Of a stretch of 64,000 bases of DNA, positions 1 to 13,594 are shown one piece after another. Made by a program: the position numbers and the translations under genes. Origin of the DNA: Lophium mytilinum (Eukaryota); the NCBI GenBank assembly GCA_010093605.1, contig MU004198.1, positions 498,726 to 562,725 on the forward strand, in the 5' to 3' direction. Numbering within the stretch: the stretch's first letter is position 1; every line of letters starts with the position of its first letter. Under the pieces are notes generated by a model that saw only the letters and a list, made by a program, of their open reading frames with translations, was not told where the DNA came from and did no database searches.

Positions 1-512
1 ACCCTCGCCTCCTACAGCTTCTTTCAGCGCGCGGCGAGCTAGTGTGTAACCAGAGCCACCATATCAGGCGTTGAAGAGGGGTACTCTTCGAAGATTACGC
101 CTTCCAGTACATAGCTTTCAGTAGGCTAAGCTCAGCGCCTGTAATATATACTCCGGAAAAGAGTTTCCTCCGTTGTAATCTTAATTACCTTGCCTGTGGC
201 GTTAAGAGGGCGCTAGTTCGCCGGACGTATGAGGATGCTATACCCTGGCGGTGATGGTCGTACCCCACGCACTCGTAGAAAGGTCGTCGTAACTCTAGTA
301 GCCTAACGCCTAGTAATCAGTTTTCTGGAAATCAGATGCAGTGCGGAAGAGCACAGCTCGCACATGCTGAAGCCCGCAGTATAAGAGCCAAGGTAGATCC
401 CAAATTATGAGTGAGCTTCATTCCTTATCGCGCCTCTGCCAGAGTCTGCAAACCTCTTCAAGACACATCAACACGACTTGCTACAATTCCACCCACGTAA
501 ACAACCAGGACC

Positions 513-1623
513 ATGGCTACCCCTCAGGACACCACAACCTACCATGGCGTCTCCGGTGACGTTAAACCCACGACAACAGCACTACCAGCCCTTGGGCCGA
601 AAGAAATCCTGATCAAGATAACCCATACTGGACTTTGCGGAACCGATCTTGCCTACATCCCTTACGGTATCGCCCTCGGCCATGAGGGTGTGGGAACCGT
701 ACTCGCAATTGGCAGCGACGTCACCCAATTCGCTGTCGGCGACCGTGCTGGGGGAGGATATCATCGCAACAGTTGCGGGCACTGCTCTTACTGTCTTAGC
801 GGCCAGGACATATGGTGCTACGAGCGAACCGTGTACGGGGAAAAAGACTACGGTAACGGAACGATCGCGGGTCACTACATCGGTGTTGAGACATATCTGC
901 ACAAGATACCAGAGGGACTCGCAAGCGAACACGCTGCACCTTTGCAATGCGCTGGTGCGACGGTGTACAACGCCCTTCTAGGGGTGGCAAAGCCTGGTGA
1001 GCGCGTGGGGGTCGTGGGTATTGGCGGATTGGGCCATTTGGCAGTCCAAATGGCGAAGAAAATGGGTGCAGAAGTTGTCGTGTTCAGTACCAGTCAAGAC
1101 AAAGAACAAGAAGCGAAGGGATTCGGTGCGAACGAGTTCTACTTGCTGAACGAGGTAGAGAAAGTGACGAAGCCGATCAACACACTGGTCGTTGCCGGGA
1201 ATAAATATCCAGATTGGGACAAGTGAGTCTTCGCGTGCTACCGACTGTACCGTGTACTGATCAAGTTCAGGTTCCTGGTAAAGAGCGTTCTTGCGCGGGC
1301 TGGAACGATCATTCCTCTCGCAGCACCTCAGGGCCGTCTCGATCTTCCGTAAGCACGCTCCATTTCATCCGATTCTGCCAATCGAAGCAGTAGTATTGAC
1401 AGATTGTAGTGCCTTCCAACTCTTCTTTGATGGATACAATGTCAAGTCGAGCTTGGTGGCTTCGCGCCGCGCGCATGATGATATGCTCGCATTTTGCGCT
1501 TCGCACGATGTCAAACCGGTTATCGAGAAGTTCGAGCTCACTGAAAGTGGAATTCAGGAAGCAATCGGAAAGCTTACATCAAACAAGATGCGGTACCGAG
1601 GCGTATTGGTGGCTCCACAGTAA
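513..1623 (+). CDS. Zinc-binding (MDR) alcohol dehydrogenase, CAD/AdhC-like; 3 exons
   Basis: Motifs GLCGTD, LGHEGVG, CGHCSYC...C, APLQCAGATVY, GIGGLGH. Introns ~1223-1270 and ~1349-1409 join the two ORFs; C-terminus MRYRGVLV. Confidence 0.93.
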
Positions 1624-1843
1624 GTCGGAATAGCGTGCTGCTTTCGCAGCACGGTAGTCCTTGCTCGAGGGCACTATCGGACAAAGACTGAGTGAAAGGA
1701 CATCGTTGGAGGAGTAATATTTGGGAAATTAGAAGATAGTAAACGATCTGTGCACTCATTTCCATATTATGCTTTGTCTTGCCTATGTTCCCAGCAGGTA
1801 CGCTGTCCATGAATGTCGAGATACGATGCGATTATGCGAGGCG

Positions 1844-3282
1844 TCAGGCAGAAGCTATACCCTGCTGTCCCCTGATGTACTCAACACACCACTGTATGTA
1901 GGGCTTCCACAATGGCTCGATCTGGCGGGAAATTTCTTCCACTAAGCGAGAACTCCACCCCTCAATGAACCAGTACCCCTCCTCTTGGTTGAGATGGAGG
2001 ATGATGCAATAATGAGCCAAGATTGCAAGAGCGCCGGAGTCGTGCCGTTTTAGTAGCAGCATAAAGTCAGAAGAGATCTTGATCGGCCAGGTATAAGCTA
2101 TACGAATCGGGCGATCCCCAGGGTCGTCTCCATGGTTGGTCGCTTGTCGAATGTTATAGATAGCTTCGACACAGATGCGGCGGTAGGTAGGTTCAAGATC
2201 AGGGTCTTCAAGTAGTGCCGTGAGCTGATCTACATGCAAGAGCATGTCCACCATTAACGGCAGCGGAGGCGGATCAAGCGCTGTGCGAACAATAGGGCCA
2301 AAGGTTCCTCGAAGTATTCGAATGAATGCAGAACTCAAGATACTGTGGTTGCCTCGGATCAGCTGGAAAAGGCTGACTATATCATCGATGGGATTATCGG
2401 TAGTTTTAGATGCAAACGCAGTGAGGGGCATGAGTGTGGAGGTTATAAAGAGGGCGTCGGAGTTCTCTGGTATTAGTCCTGGTAGGGCTTTGCTCATGGC
2501 ACGGATGGACTTATTCTGGTGGCCTGCTGCGATCAGCGAGTATTTTAGTTGGTCGGCTGATCGTACGTGGGCAAGATGGAATGCGGCGAACGCTAGTAAC
2601 TGGTGCATCAGAAACGGGTGTGACACCGCGAGCTGAGGTATTTCAATTTTCCATAGGTTCTTGATCTCCTCGTTGCCAGGAACGGACCAGGCCGCGAATG
2701 CAGTCCAATGATGCATGAGCTCCAGATCTTGGGCCCAATTAGCAGACTCGGTGTAATAAGCCCTGTTGACGAATCTGGTTAAGAATGGAAAGGAGTCCGG
2801 GGTGGAGATCTCGGAATGAGACTCTGCGTTTCCCGGTACCGGGTTGAGAACAAAATTGATAGGTAATGACGACGTGGGTGTCGGGCGGGCTGGTGTTTCA
2901 TTGACAGTCTGATTGGTAGGGCTCTGGAATAAAGTCAAAATCTTTCCTTGATAGCTCGGAAGCATACACCGGCTTTTACCATAGTGTTCAATGTCGCTCC
3001 GACTTACCCCGAGTTCGTCTGCCTGCATCGATCCCCGAGCACTTGAAGATGGTGGTGTGCTGCTCATTGACTGTGTACCACCAGGCGCCCAGGTTAGGAG
3101 GCTGCATGGCACGCCATGCCTCGTACAGTTACCGCAAGGGCGGTTCTCGTCGCACTGCAGGTAGGTAGAGTATCAGCCATTGGGCCTTTGAGACTGCCTT
3201 TCAAAGAACACACTTTCACATGGCGCGCTTTGCAGCTACGACAACCGGCGCGCGACTTCTTGTGGCCAAGTCGAGGAGGCAT
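1844..3282 (-). CDS. Zn(II)2Cys6 transcription factor with fungal-specific TF domain (UPC2-like C6 family)
   Basis: Exon 1 MPPRLGHKKSRAGCRSCKARHVK, intron ~3213-3157, then CDENRPCGNCTRHGVPC. Downstream DLELMHHW...HPFLMHQLLAFAAFHLA and ALAILAHY...W are typical of the family. Confidence 0.92.
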
Positions 3283-4109
3283 AGAGGGCCTAGGTGTAGT
3301 TCGGAGTGATAGAATGGTCAGCCTGCCCCTCCCTCAGGCCCCGCTAGCGCAGTAGTCTGCTATGGCAGACTGACTGCCCCAATGATATATGCTAGACTTA
3401 GGATGAAACAATAAGCGAGCGTGGTGAAGATGCGCAACGTGTTGGTTTGATGGAATGGAAATGCGAATGCGAGTGACCCTGAGGCGGATCGCTGCGGCTG
3501 AGCCCAGACGATGCTAACCCGAAAGATATACCTATGGTGAGCACAGTCCAGGCCCCTTCTCCAGCTGTAGGCGGTGTCTTTGGAGAACATCATTCTACAC
3601 CTTATATTCTTTAGATATCCATGGACTTATTGCCACCCAATTTTCTGTGTGCCTTCCGCAAAGTTGAATGTACACGAGGTTCGTCAAGGCAATGAATTGG
3701 CGAAGAGCTCACAATCTATCATCATTTTACCCATCTTACTCCAAGCAGCACCTCTAAGCAGGTAGAAGAATCTCTTAAACGTTAAAATCTCTATGCTCAG
3801 ACCCTTGACCGTGTGGGGAGGAACCTATTGTGTGGAATATCACATATCACGTGATCTTGCGATACTGCCCCACTTAGACCAAAAGTAGGTACCCGGGTTG
3901 GAAAATCCATGACACCAATTGTATTTGAAAGAAAGAATTCAAGGGTATCACGTCCATTATATCTCTTTGTATCAGCATTTCTTCATCTGGTAGAACCAAG
4001 TCAGCATAAGAAGCAGTCATTTTGGTTTCGAAAAAGAGGTGAAATAAGCTTGAAAGCAGTTTCAGCATTGAGAGGTCCAAGAAACTAGAAGCAAAATCTC
4101 TCTCATCAT

Positions 4110-4943
4110 CTACCACGGCACTTCCGTCATTCCATTCCCTTCATTTTCCCAAAGAGCACTCTTATACATCCCCCTCTCGCTCAGTGCCAATTCAACCGCA
4201 ACCTCCGCCCCTTCTACCGGATCCCTCGGTCCACGGAACCCATTGAACGCGGTCTTGCAATGTCCAGGACTCACTACGTAGAACAACATCTCCGGTTCTG
4301 CTTCCGCTATTTCCATCGTCAACATGTTCAGCGCCGCTTTTGACACGCAATACGGAATGGAGATCGTCTTGGGCATTACTTTCGCCGTCAACCGCGTAAT
4401 GGATCCTCTTGCCGACGAAATGTTGATGACTCTCGGATCTTCTGATTTCTTCAGAAGGGGGAGGAATGCATAGGTAACGGCTGCAACTGAAGTGACGTTG
4501 ACGGACAGAACATTGTCGTATACTTGCCGGATATCCGAGTTATCTGGCTTGGGAACGCCAGCAGTGGCGGCATTGTTTACTAATACTAACCTCAGTCAGC
4601 CGGAGACGCTCCGTTTGGAAACTTAGCTTATACTCACGATCAAGCTTTCCGAACTTTTCGCCTACCCGGGCGGCCGCTCCTGCAATTTGGGCATCGTCTG
4701 TGACATCCATCAGGATACCTTCGAGTCTCGACGTGATACCGAGTTCTCGCAGTTTGCGTATGGCTTGATGACCAAAATCGAGGGATCGTACTGCGAGAAT
4801 GTATGTGTGCTCAGGGGCACGTTGAGAGAGCGCTTGAACTATGGCGAAACCGATGCCTTCCCTTCGTCAGTGACTGAAGTTTCAGCTGTTTCCAAGGACA
4901 AACCTTGGTTAGATCCCGTCACCAGGATCACCTTTCCTGTCAT
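4110..4943 (-). CDS. Short-chain dehydrogenase/reductase (carbonyl-reductase-like), spliced
   Basis: Starts MTGKVILVTGSNQG; VNNA, VINISS, catalytic YCVSK, SPGHCKTAFNG; ends EVPW*. Confidence 0.85.
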
Positions 4944-5419
4944 TTTGGGATATATGCTGGAGTATTTTAGACTACCTATTTGGGAAAGTTGGGAAACTAG
5001 ATGGAGTTAGATGTGGACCGGCAATTGACGGAATATTTCGGTGATAATCAGAGTCTGTAAGTGCTGGAGTAAGAAAAGGTTTGAAGCACAAAACAATGCC
5101 CCATCGTCTTTATATATTCAGAAGTGTATGAACCGGCGAAGTGCGGAGTTAACTTAACTCCCGCTGACCACAACCCTAACGGTGCGCTACCGAAAGGACA
5201 ATATGTTTTATCCAATCTTGAAGCCCGTTAGAAATGATACCATTTTCAGGACTACCAATGCGGCTGCTGAGAGGGACTGATGCACACCATTCTTGAAGGT
5301 CACGTCAGCGTCACGTGGTGATAAGAGCTGATAACTCGGCATCAGGTGCTCCCCAATATCGCGAATCCGCATTGATGCATTTGTCAACTCTCCAACGTCT
5401 TTCACTATCCATCCTCCTC

Positions 5420-6742
5420 ATGAGCCTGCTCGCAGCTACCATCCGACAAAGCTCGCGTTATCTATCTAAGCAACTAGTCACACGGGTAAGAAGGAATCCC
5501 GAAACGAAGCTTCGGAGTTAACGTTCATCAGCCCTCACTCGCACGCGCCATGCATATTCAATCAATCCCCATGTGTATTTAAGCCGCAATCTGATTCCTG
5601 GGACGTATGCTGATCATTTGGACAGGGGAGGGGACGGGAAATAACTACGCATATCTGGTCGTCGACGACAAGACGAAAGAAGCCGTGATCATCGATCCCG
5701 CCCATCCTCCCGAGTACGCAACACACTCTACTCCCTCATCGCGCGAGCATCAAGCTAAGACGAAAGCTCTACAGAGTCCTCCCAGTCCTCAAGAAGCAGA
5801 CAGAAGACGGATCGATCAAGCTCACCCAAATAATAAACACACATCAGTATGCTCCCCGCTCCATCACCCCTCACCTTGGTTGAGCGCATTCTGACATCTT
5901 GACAGCCATGGTGACCACGCGGGTGGTAACTCCGAAATCGTACGCTCAAGCTCCCATACCTTCTTTCTAAGCTGACAATACAGCTCGAACAATTCAAACT
6001 TCCCATCATCGGCGGCAAAGACTGCGACAAGGTCACGAATACCCCCGCACACAACTCTACCTTCTTGATTGGCGAGAGCATAAAGGTCACCGCGCTTCAC
6101 ACACCATGTCACACGCAGGATAGTATATGCTACTTCTTCGAGGACGGTGCGGATAAAGCGGTGTTCACTGGAGACACGCTATTCATTGGTGGTACGTTAT
6201 GTTGGCTGTGCAAGCTTGAGAAAGCTCGGAAAAATGAAGCTAAGGCTATTAGGATGCGGACGCTTCTTCGAAGGCAACGCGGCTGAGATGCACAAGGCCC
6301 TTAACGAGGTGCTAGCATCGCTCCCGGATGACACCAAAGTCTACGTATGTCTCGACCAATCTCCGGTCAGGAGTGTACTAACAAGACTCTGATAGCCCGG
6401 TCATGAGTACACTAAAGGCAACGTCCGTTTTGCGAAGCGAGTTTTGCAGAACGATGCTATCAAGAAGCTAGAGGAATTCACACAGAACAACAAGGAGACA
6501 CAGGGGAAGTTCACGATTGGCGACGAAAAGGTATGGTTCCCGCAGATCTTTCCGGTTATATCTGCTAACACTATACTAGAAACACAACGTATTTATGAGA
6601 GTCAATGTACGTAGAGACTGCATTTGTTCGAATATGGCAGTACTAACTAGTGTCGCAGGATCCTGCCATCCAAGCGCTCGTGGGCCACACAGAACCCGTT
6701 CAGGTCATGAAGACGCTGCGAGAGATGAAGGATAGGGCTTGA
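5420..6742 (+). CDS. GLO2: Hydroxyacylglutathione hydrolase (glyoxalase II), multi-exon, with N-terminal mitochondrial presequence
   Basis: [23 protein letters not shown], a THxH.DH metal motif split by introns, [33 protein letters not shown]. Confidence 0.92.
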
Positions 6743-7051
6743 AGCTTGACGCGTAAGCAAATGAATCGAGAACAGTGCTGCGGAAGACCCATCTGAACCG
6801 CAAAATCAAAATAACAAAAGAATTCTAAATTTGAAGCCAACTCCCTCATGCAAAAGCGGCCAGCGCCACCATAACTACTATGAAACCTTTCCTTCTAAGT
6901 CTCCCGCCCGGTATTCATACTTGCGTATCGTTTATACTCTAGCAGCTGCTCCCATCAATCCGCGAAGCGTCCTGATATGTTTCCCTTCGGTATGGCGACG
7001 CCGACCATCATCATCCCCCTGCGAAGCGCGGGTCGAAACCTTACTGATTCC

Positions 7052-9246
7052 TCAAGCGTGTGTCTTCGCCCAATCCCGATACCAGTCAAGGCACTCCGCA
7101 TTCGCCACCGACGCGCTAGTCTTCACATTCAACCCACAAAGAATCTGCTTAACAGCTCCTTCCACCCTAGAATCTCGTTAGCCATCTGTCCCCGCCTAAG
7201 CCAAAACCAGGAAACTCACTTCTTCCCGTTCGTCGTAATCGGAATCTCGGGGCACGCCTCAATAATACCAGGCACGTGTCTCGCACTCAGCCCCTTCCTT
7301 ACCGCCGCTTTAATCCTCTCCACGAGCTTCTCATCACACTCCTTCCCCTCCGCCATCTTCAAAAACAGCACCACAGTCTCGTCGATATCCTCTCCACGCC
7401 GGCGGCCGATACATAGCGCATCCGCCACCTCATCCGTGAAATGCTCAAGGAGGACGTTATAGATCTCCGCGCTCCCGAAGCGCACGCCGCCGGGCTTGAG
7501 GATCCCATCGCTCCGCCCGAGCATGAAGACCCCGCCAGTCTTAGGGTTGAACCGCACGAAATCCCCATGGTGCCACACGCACTTATCTGAAAACGCCTCG
7601 AAGTAGCTGGAGCGGTACTTCGCGTCCCCAGTCGGACCCCAGAACGCTACTGGCTGGCAGGGAAATGCTTTAGTACAGACGAGATCGCCCGCCTCGCCGG
7701 TGGTCGTGATGTCCGTGCCAGTGTAGTCCCAGGCTGCGATCGCCATGCCAAGCCCCGACACTTGGATCTCGCCGATGTGCACGGGGTTGAGGGGGGAGGG
7801 CGCGCCGAAGAGGGAGATTATGTCGGTGCCGCCGGTTATGCTGCCGAGGTTTATGGTAGAGGGGAAGGCGGAGTAGATGTAGGAGAAGGTGGAGGGGGCG
7901 AGGGGGGAGCCGGTGCTGTAGATAGCTTTGAGTGTCTTTAGGGATACGGTTCTTGTCGGTATTAGGGCCTTTTGCTCGAGCACGGAGAGGTACTTTGCTG
8001 AGGTGCCGAAGTGGGTTATGCCGACTTCTTCGATGAGGAGGGGCATCGCGAGGTCGTTTGGTATTGAGGTCGATGGGTCGGTGGGCGAGATGGTGCGGAA
8101 GGGCGAGCCGTCGTACAGGACGAGGGTTGCGCCGCTTGCTAGTCCGGAGACGAGCCAGTGCCACATCATCCAGGTGCAAGTCGTATAGTAGAAGAGGCGA
8201 GAGCCAGGGGTTATCGAGCAGTGGAGAAGATGCTCCTTTTTGTGTTGGAGGAGAGTACCAATGGCACCGTGGACGATGCATTTCGGTGCCCCTGTTGTCC
8301 CGCTGCTGTAGAGAATATAGACGGGGTGATCCGGGGGTAGTTGTTTGAAAGTGAGGACTGATGGGGGAGTCTGGAGACGTTTGAACGCGTCGTAGGTGTA
8401 TGCTTTCCCGGAAGCCACTGCTATAGAGCTCAGATCTGTTTCAACGGATGCCACCGTGGGGAAAACAACTGCAGCCTGGAGTGTTGGGAGTCCTGCGACT
8501 ATCTCCACCACTTTCGGAAGAACAGGGTGACTCCGACCATTGTAGAATGCTGCGTTATCCGTGAATAGCAGCACTGGCTCAATCTGCCGTAGCCTCTCAA
8601 GCACAGCGTGCACGCCTGTATCAGGGCTCACGGCCGTCCATATGCCTCCCAACGACGTAGCTGCGAGCATTGCTACCAAAGCATTGGTGTGGTTCGCAAC
8701 GTATCCCGCGACTCGGTCTCCAGCTTTTAGCCCTATGGCCAGCATCCCAGCCTGGCATTCTTTCACTTGTTGTCTCAGCTCCGCCCAGCTGACCGTCTCA
8801 CGTGTCGTCTCTGTTGCTGCTATAACCGCAGGACTGTTCGGGTCAACGTCTTGAGTAGGAAAGAGGAGGTTCTCCGCGAAATTAAGCTCGGCTCCTGAGA
8901 AGAAAGGTGGTCGCGGGTACATAGGCAAGCTTTCATCGACAACCTATCACACCATCAGCATTTGAGTCATATTACATGTGTGTGTATACAGACCAAGGAC
9001 ACTGGTGCTCAGACTGACCTCTGTATACGGTTTCGACGCTCTCACACCCGTGTATTGCCATACCTCGCCCCAGAAATCCGCGATGTGGCTGATACTCCAT
9101 GCGTGGAGATCTTCATAGCTGTTCAATCGCACGTTGTGCTTTTTGTTGACAGTAAGCAGGAAGTCCCACATGGGCGTTGATTTCGGGGATGGGTGCTTCC
9201 AGAGCTGCGTGCTACGTTTTGCCGTGCCATTGGTAAGGATAGCCAT
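7052..9246 (-). CDS. Acetoacetyl-CoA synthetase (acetoacetate-CoA ligase); 3 exons
   Basis: LNFAENLL, YILYSSGTTGAPKCIVH, WMMWHWL, SITGGTDI, GRSDGILKPGGVRFGSAEIY, T.NGKK; last exon ends ANAECLDWYRDWAKTHA*. Confidence 0.95.
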
Positions 9247-10738
9247 GATTGAGTTCTGTATAAAGGATATAAGGGCTGCGTATGGAGGACAATGAGCATA
9301 TATCGTAGCGTGCGGTTGGTGTCGGTCTTTATCCCAGGATTGCTGAGCTGCATGGATCCTTGCGTCGATCATCGCAATCGGCCCCGCTCGGGAACTTTCG
9401 GACCTCGTGGCTGTGCGGGGGGTTCTCCGATTCATTCCCTTGCCTTGGCTTAACGGTGGGAGGGGGAATTATGCGTTGACTTCGGGCTGTCTTCGAATCA
9501 TCTTTGATGGTTTTATAGAAGCTTTTTCTATTACGGGGTGATTCATAGACCGGGAACTGTTTCAGGAATGCCGCGTCCTGTCGGAGGTGGCTTCTGTTAG
9601 ACCTGCCAAGTCAGATATCACTTGAAGTCGTGCTTGCAGCTTGGGGGTAGAGTCAGATTATCGTCATCCTTATTCGTGTTCCTGCGTAGTCATTGGATTC
9701 AAGTACTGATTTCCTGGGAAATGATTGGGGCCCAGCATGTGATTTGGGGGAAGAAGATGTGAGTCTGCAATCTGACGACCATATCAGAGTGAATTCAACT
9801 CGCTTCGAGGTCTTTTGCCAATCATAGCAGCGGAACCTTAAATTAAACCTTTGGTCAATGCGTAGAGATTCACACCTTGTTTCAGAAGTGAATGTAACGT
9901 TGAGAGCTCTGCCCGAGGCTCGATCTCATGACTGGGAATAAAGTCACAAGTATGATCAAGCTAGCCTGGTAAGTAACCACCAAGTCAACCTAACGTGACA
10001 TGTGATCCTGAAACAGCTTCTCACGCTTTGACCTCGCCCAACAGCTCTTGTCACCCTGTACTAGAAGAATCCACGTGATGCTCACGTGATCTTTTGCTGG
10101 CAAGAAACTATGTACCGGTTGCACTTCCTAGAGGAAATACTTAGTTGAGGCTCTTATCACTTCCCCTCTGTACATTCCAATTGAAACAATGAAATAGATT
10201 AAGCGAGGACTGTTACCAGAATAATTTGGGTGACATCCATCTCAGGTCTAGTCAATACGCTAGTATTTCTCCATACCTCATCCCGACGTTCTTCAAACCC
10301 CATCTCCTTTCTATCTCGCCGATCTTCCTGCCAGCCATGATGGACCAGGCTGAGCTCAACGTCATTATATTGATGCTTTTCCACACCGTGGCGCGGACGT
10401 GATGTCTGATTGGTCTGCAGCTGCTGCAGGCAGACCTCAGCCTTCCAAGACCCCTCCCCAAGAAAGAGATGCAACCATACGAGTCTCGATGCTTCCCTTC
10501 CGGCCAGGCTGGAGAAGTGGCTCAACAGACGCCACCATGCCTCGTTCAGAGCAGAGCGCGTGATCAAGATAAGGGGGCTTGGTTACCAAGACGCAAGGCT
10601 GACTCCGTTGTGATCTATAGCGAAGGTTGGGTAGTAGAGTGAGGCTTGCGCGGCCTTGCTACGTAGAGCACTTCATGTCACCTTCTCTTCTTGTCCTCTA
10701 AACAATCCAAGTGTGTTCTGTTTTGCTCTCATTCAAAT

Positions 10739-13156
10739 ATGGATCCATTGTCCGCATTCACGGGAGTCGTCGGCCTATTGGATGTTGCTACTCGAGCATC
10801 TACAAAAGCATGGCACCTAATCGAGGAATAGCGGAACGCACCAGCGCGGATGCTAGACCTCTCAGAGGAGATTCGAACCGCAAGAGAAGTTGCCTCGCAG
10901 CTGCAAGCGGCGTGTGAAGCTATATAGACTGATTCTGAGTCCACGGGTCCGTTTGTCGAGGCCATCGCTTCTCAAATGGAAATTGCACGCACAACATGTA
11001 AAGATCTGGAGCTGATCCTATCCTCGGTCATAGTGACCTCTACTACTTCTCGCCGTAAATTTCGCAAAGAGAAGTGGATCCAGGCGAAGTCAAGAATAGC
11101 CGACCTTCGAAGCCAGCTTGGGAAGGTTCGATCTAATATCATGCTGTTTTTGTGTATTCATTCAGCGTATGTTTATTAAGTCTGGCCATCTTCTACACAA
11201 CCTAACATTTTCAGGCTCCGTGGGGTACAACTTGAGTCTCTTCTTCGAAGCCAGCACGAGATAATCTCAAGTCGGCTCGATCAGAGGACTGAGACCACCG
11301 TTATGATCGCCGGGCCAGTCATTCTTAACGACCCTAATAAGGAAGGAGATTGGGAGAACAGCTCGTCAGACTCCGAGATTGCGTTCCCGCAGTCTGGAAG
11401 TAATGTAGCCGGCTTCGCAATACGAAATCGAGTAATCTGCAAGAGCACCTGCTACTGTAAATGCCATCTTTCTCCTTACTATCGCCGCTTTCGCCTGACC
11501 GGATTCGGACACGTCATCGGATCTGTCACAATGAAGTATTCGGCCGGTGGATTTTTCACTCACGAACATTCTTGTCGGAGGGCGAAGTCTCGATCTTTTG
11601 AATTATCCTATTCGTTCCCGCCTTGGCTCTTCAATTTATCCGTCCTTACAATCATATCTATGTTTCAAGGACTTCCCACCGTCGGCCTTACCGTCCGGCG
11701 TCGAATACCAAATAACGAATGGGACCTTTCTCAAAGCGTGGTGGGACGTACCAAGAATGGAGACTCTATGGGAGTAAGGGCATTACTTGAAACGCACGAA
11801 GCTTTAGTACACGACTTAGACCTACAGACCGGAAACACCGCCTTGCACTACGCCGTTTACATGGGTGATGTCGCTTGCATCAAAATCGTTCTTTCTGCGG
11901 GAGCTGACCCTTTCCTGGAACATGACGACGGCCATTCGGCGATCGGTCGCGCAGAGCGCTGGATAACCGGTGGCTACCGGAGTCCATCGATTGGCCAAGA
12001 GATGAAAAGACTACTGCCGTGGTCTAAATATCTCGACGACATGGACCTCCCGCATCTTCACAGAGTCGTCACTGGGATGCGGCCTATCTCCCTACAAGAC
12101 GAACTGAGAAAGGCGGTGAATCGTGCCCAAATTAATGCCACGGACAATACCGGACGTACGCCTCTCCACTGGGCTGTACACCAGCGTGACGCTGAGGCAA
12201 TTCAAGAGCTTGTGGATGCTGGTGCGGACCCAAATATGAAGAGAACGGGTCATTCCGACGGCTCAACGCCCCTAATGGATGCTTGTAGAGCCGACTCCGT
12301 CTCCTGCGTCAAAGTACTCTTAGATGCGGGTGCGGATGTGAGTGGACGCCGGCGCATGGATGGCCAGCAACCTATTCACTACGCATCAGAATGGGGAAGT
12401 ATCGATACCCTCGCTCTGGTGGTCTCCGCTGGAGCAGACGTCGATGACGCGGAAAATACCTGGAGGTCGGCACCACTCGCAGCCGCCGCCCGCAGCGGCG
12501 TTGCACAGAACATCGCTTTCTTGCTAGCTCATGGTGCGGATATCAACCACGCTGATCGAGACGGCGATACGGCGCTTACCGAAGCTATCTACAACAATTC
12601 GGTTGAGTCCATCGAGGCATTGCTCGCCAGCGGTGCCAGATACAACGATGCTAGTTCCACGGATGTAAACGAGAACGGTTTCACGATTCTGCACCAAGTA
12701 GCCTTGTATGGTGAGGCGAAGACGGCAAACGCCCTTGTAGCAGCCGGGCTGGTGGGGCTTGATCGAAACGCGAGAGATGCCAAGGGGAAGACGGCGCGGG
12801 AACTCTTGGATGAACGGCCGGGGGTTTCTGATGAGTTTTTGCAGGCGTTTAATGCGCTTGCGATGAGTATATCGAAGAACGTGGTCCTTCCCAATGATGT
12901 GAAACAGAAGGGTAACCGTGAAGCTGGGGTCACAGCTGTGCCCGAGAGCCGAGCGACGCGGTCTATGAGTGCGCATTTCCGTATATCGTCGACGAGCTCT
13001 CGACTTCGATTTTCGTTGACTCGAAACAGTCGTTATCGACTCTATCTTGTGAGTTTTACTTTGGTGGTAGCGATTTTGTTTTTTATTTTGAGTCACGTTG
13101 ACTTGTTGCGGAGTCTATGGCGTCAATGGGAATTTCCTATGAAACCTTCGCTATGA
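10739..13156 (+). pseudogene. HeLo-like (fungal STAND N-terminal) domain plus ankyrin-repeat protein with two in-frame TAG stops in exon 1
   Basis: ATG 10739 reads MDPLSAFTGVVGLLDVA... with TAG at 10829 and 10925, in frame with ORF 10976. Intron 11167-11214 splices in frame into ORF 11303-13156, which has several ankyrin repeats (GNTALHYA, GRTPLHWA, GSTPLMDA, GDTALTEA) and a hydrophobic C-terminal segment. Confidence 0.8.
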
Positions 13157-13594
13157 CTTATTATCGGAAGAATGTAGTATGTACCACCTCTCAATCTCTC
13201 CTCGATGTGCTGTGTCATCGATTGTCCTTGCAAGATACGTATACCGATCATAGCAGTGATTTTCAAGTCTGTGTTCCTCTTCACGTGGCGCTCAAGAGTC
13301 TTCTCAATACCATCATCGTTTGAGTGTCATGATAACGTTACTTCAACGTGAAACGCGCTTTCATATAGTCATAGTGCGATCAGACACCTCTTCCTCCGCA
13401 GTCAGCGAATCTTGGCAAGCGTATATATGGGGTTTCTCAAGTTGCCTAACGGTCAATATTTTCTCATTACAACACAACCTCGAAATCAATTTCTACGAAC
13501 CAGCACCGATACCAACCCCTAAATTTCACAAACTCGAAATCTTACTTTCGTCTCTGTACTACCAATTTGAAGCCCACCTTCACAACCCACAGCA

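Noticed and set aside
1..330. TpA-rich stretch that could be a RIP-mutated element
   Set aside because: No recognisable ORF, terminal repeat or second copy in the window; truncated by the window edge.
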